A program made the translations under genes and the position numbers. Shown in pieces: positions 63,404 to 64,000 of a stretch of DNA of 64,000 bases (positions are counted from its first letter, which is position 1; each line of letters starts with the position of its first letter). The stretch spans positions 60,318-124,317 of the forward strand of contig DATEOW010000006.1 of the NCBI GenBank assembly GCA_035273665.1. The letters run 5' to 3'. The notes below the pieces were generated by a model that had not been told where the DNA came from, searched no databases, and saw only the letters and a program-made list of their open reading frames with translations. The stretch is from Burkholderiales bacterium. GTDB lineage: Bacteria; Pseudomonadota; Gammaproteobacteria; Burkholderiales; SG8-39.

Positions 63404-63799
63404 TTAAACGCGAGCCGGCGCGTGCGTGCCGACTGTCTTCAATAAACTGTCTTTAGTAAAAGGTTTGGTCAGATATTCATCCGAACCCACCATCCTGCCC
63501 CGTGCGCGATCGAACAACCCGTCTTTCGACGAGAGCATGATCACGGGCGTGGCCGAAAAACGCGCATTCTTCTTGATCAGCGCGCAAGTCTGATAACCAT
63601 CGAGCCGCGGCATCATGATGTCGCAGAAAATCAGATCGGGCTGGTGGTCGGTGATTTTCGACAATGCATCGAAACCATCTTCTGCCAGGATCACCTGGCA
63701 ACCCGCCTGAGCAAGAAAGATCTCGGCGCTGCGACGAATCGTATTGCTATCGTCGATCACCATCACTTTTACGCCCGCAAGACTTGCAGATTCGCTCAC
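63404..63799 (-). CDS. pilG: single-domain response regulator PilG
   Basis: CheY-like protein (VMVIDDSNTIRR, LIFCDIMMPRLDG, YLTKP). Start is proposed at GTG 63799, which is preceded by GGAGG with 9-nt spacing. The ORF-track ATG at 63874 would add 25 unconserved residues. Confidence 0.85.
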   Translation of the reverse strand: MSESASLAGVKVMVIDDSNTIRRSAEIFLAQAGCQVILAEDGFDALSKITDHQPDLIFCDIMMPRLDGYQTCALIKKNARFSATPVIMLSSKDGLFDRARGRMVGSDEYLTKPFTKDSLLKTVGTHAPARV

Positions 63800-64000
63800 T
63801 GCTTCATTCCTCCAGCTGTCCGAAAAGGCATAACCGCAATGGGCCCGCCCGACAGTACCGCGCAATCTAAACATGATCTAAATAGCTGGGCTATTCATTA
63901 ATCAACGCTTCGGACAACTATTTAACGCAGTTTCTGAGGTGCGGAATTTGTCCTTTTGACATTTGCGCGAGCGAAAAAGGGCTGCCTGATCGCGTTATTG

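Overview
This is a dense, almost entirely housekeeping chromosomal segment, moderately GC-rich by eye. Its synteny looks typical of Betaproteobacteria (inference; some blocks also match Pseudomonas).

Gene order across the window:
- gshB, then a permease-less regulatory PTS (EIIA-Man, HPr, EI).
- An orphan 142-aa ORF.
- metX-metW behind a SAM-II-like leader with an intrinsic terminator.
- ampG, xthA and pyrE, then a DUF4124 protein.
- gatCAB, divergent from the elongasome and peptidoglycan block mreBCD-mrdA-rodA-rlpA, a PBP5/6 carboxypeptidase and a D-amino-acid aminotransferase.
- ybeD-lipB-lipA, an isolated GT4 glycosyltransferase, polA, a LOG-family protein and thrB.
- A HIT protein translationally coupled to a 520-aa unknown protein.
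- phoBR with a Pho box.
- DUF971-ubiE-Tim44-ubiJ-ubiB.
- An SSS transporter, a VanZ-like protein, a ferredoxin, a hydrolase and NodIJ-like ABC genes.
- hemJ, a THUMP methyltransferase and a beta-carbonic anhydrase.
- pilT/pilU, yggS-proC-yggT, and yqgE-ruvX-pyrR-pyrB-pyrC'.
- The type IV pilus chemosensory cluster pilG-pilH-pilI-pilJ-chpA.

I saw no rRNA, tRNA, CRISPR array, transposase, integrase, phage gene or recognisable defence gene. I found no convincing evidence for a novel multi-gene system.

The most unusual items are:
1. A 273-bp highly structured element bounded by inverted repeats, inserted exactly between the pyrB stop and the pyrC' start.
2. A SAM-II-like aptamer coupled to a terminator, with a 9-nt alternative pairing.
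3. A 520-aa unknown protein with PilZ-like motifs, coupled to a HIT hydrolase.
4. Five of six convergent gene pairs ending on a shared 4-nt stop-codon overlap.

All function calls come from reading the ORF translations against remembered family motifs. No database search was possible.
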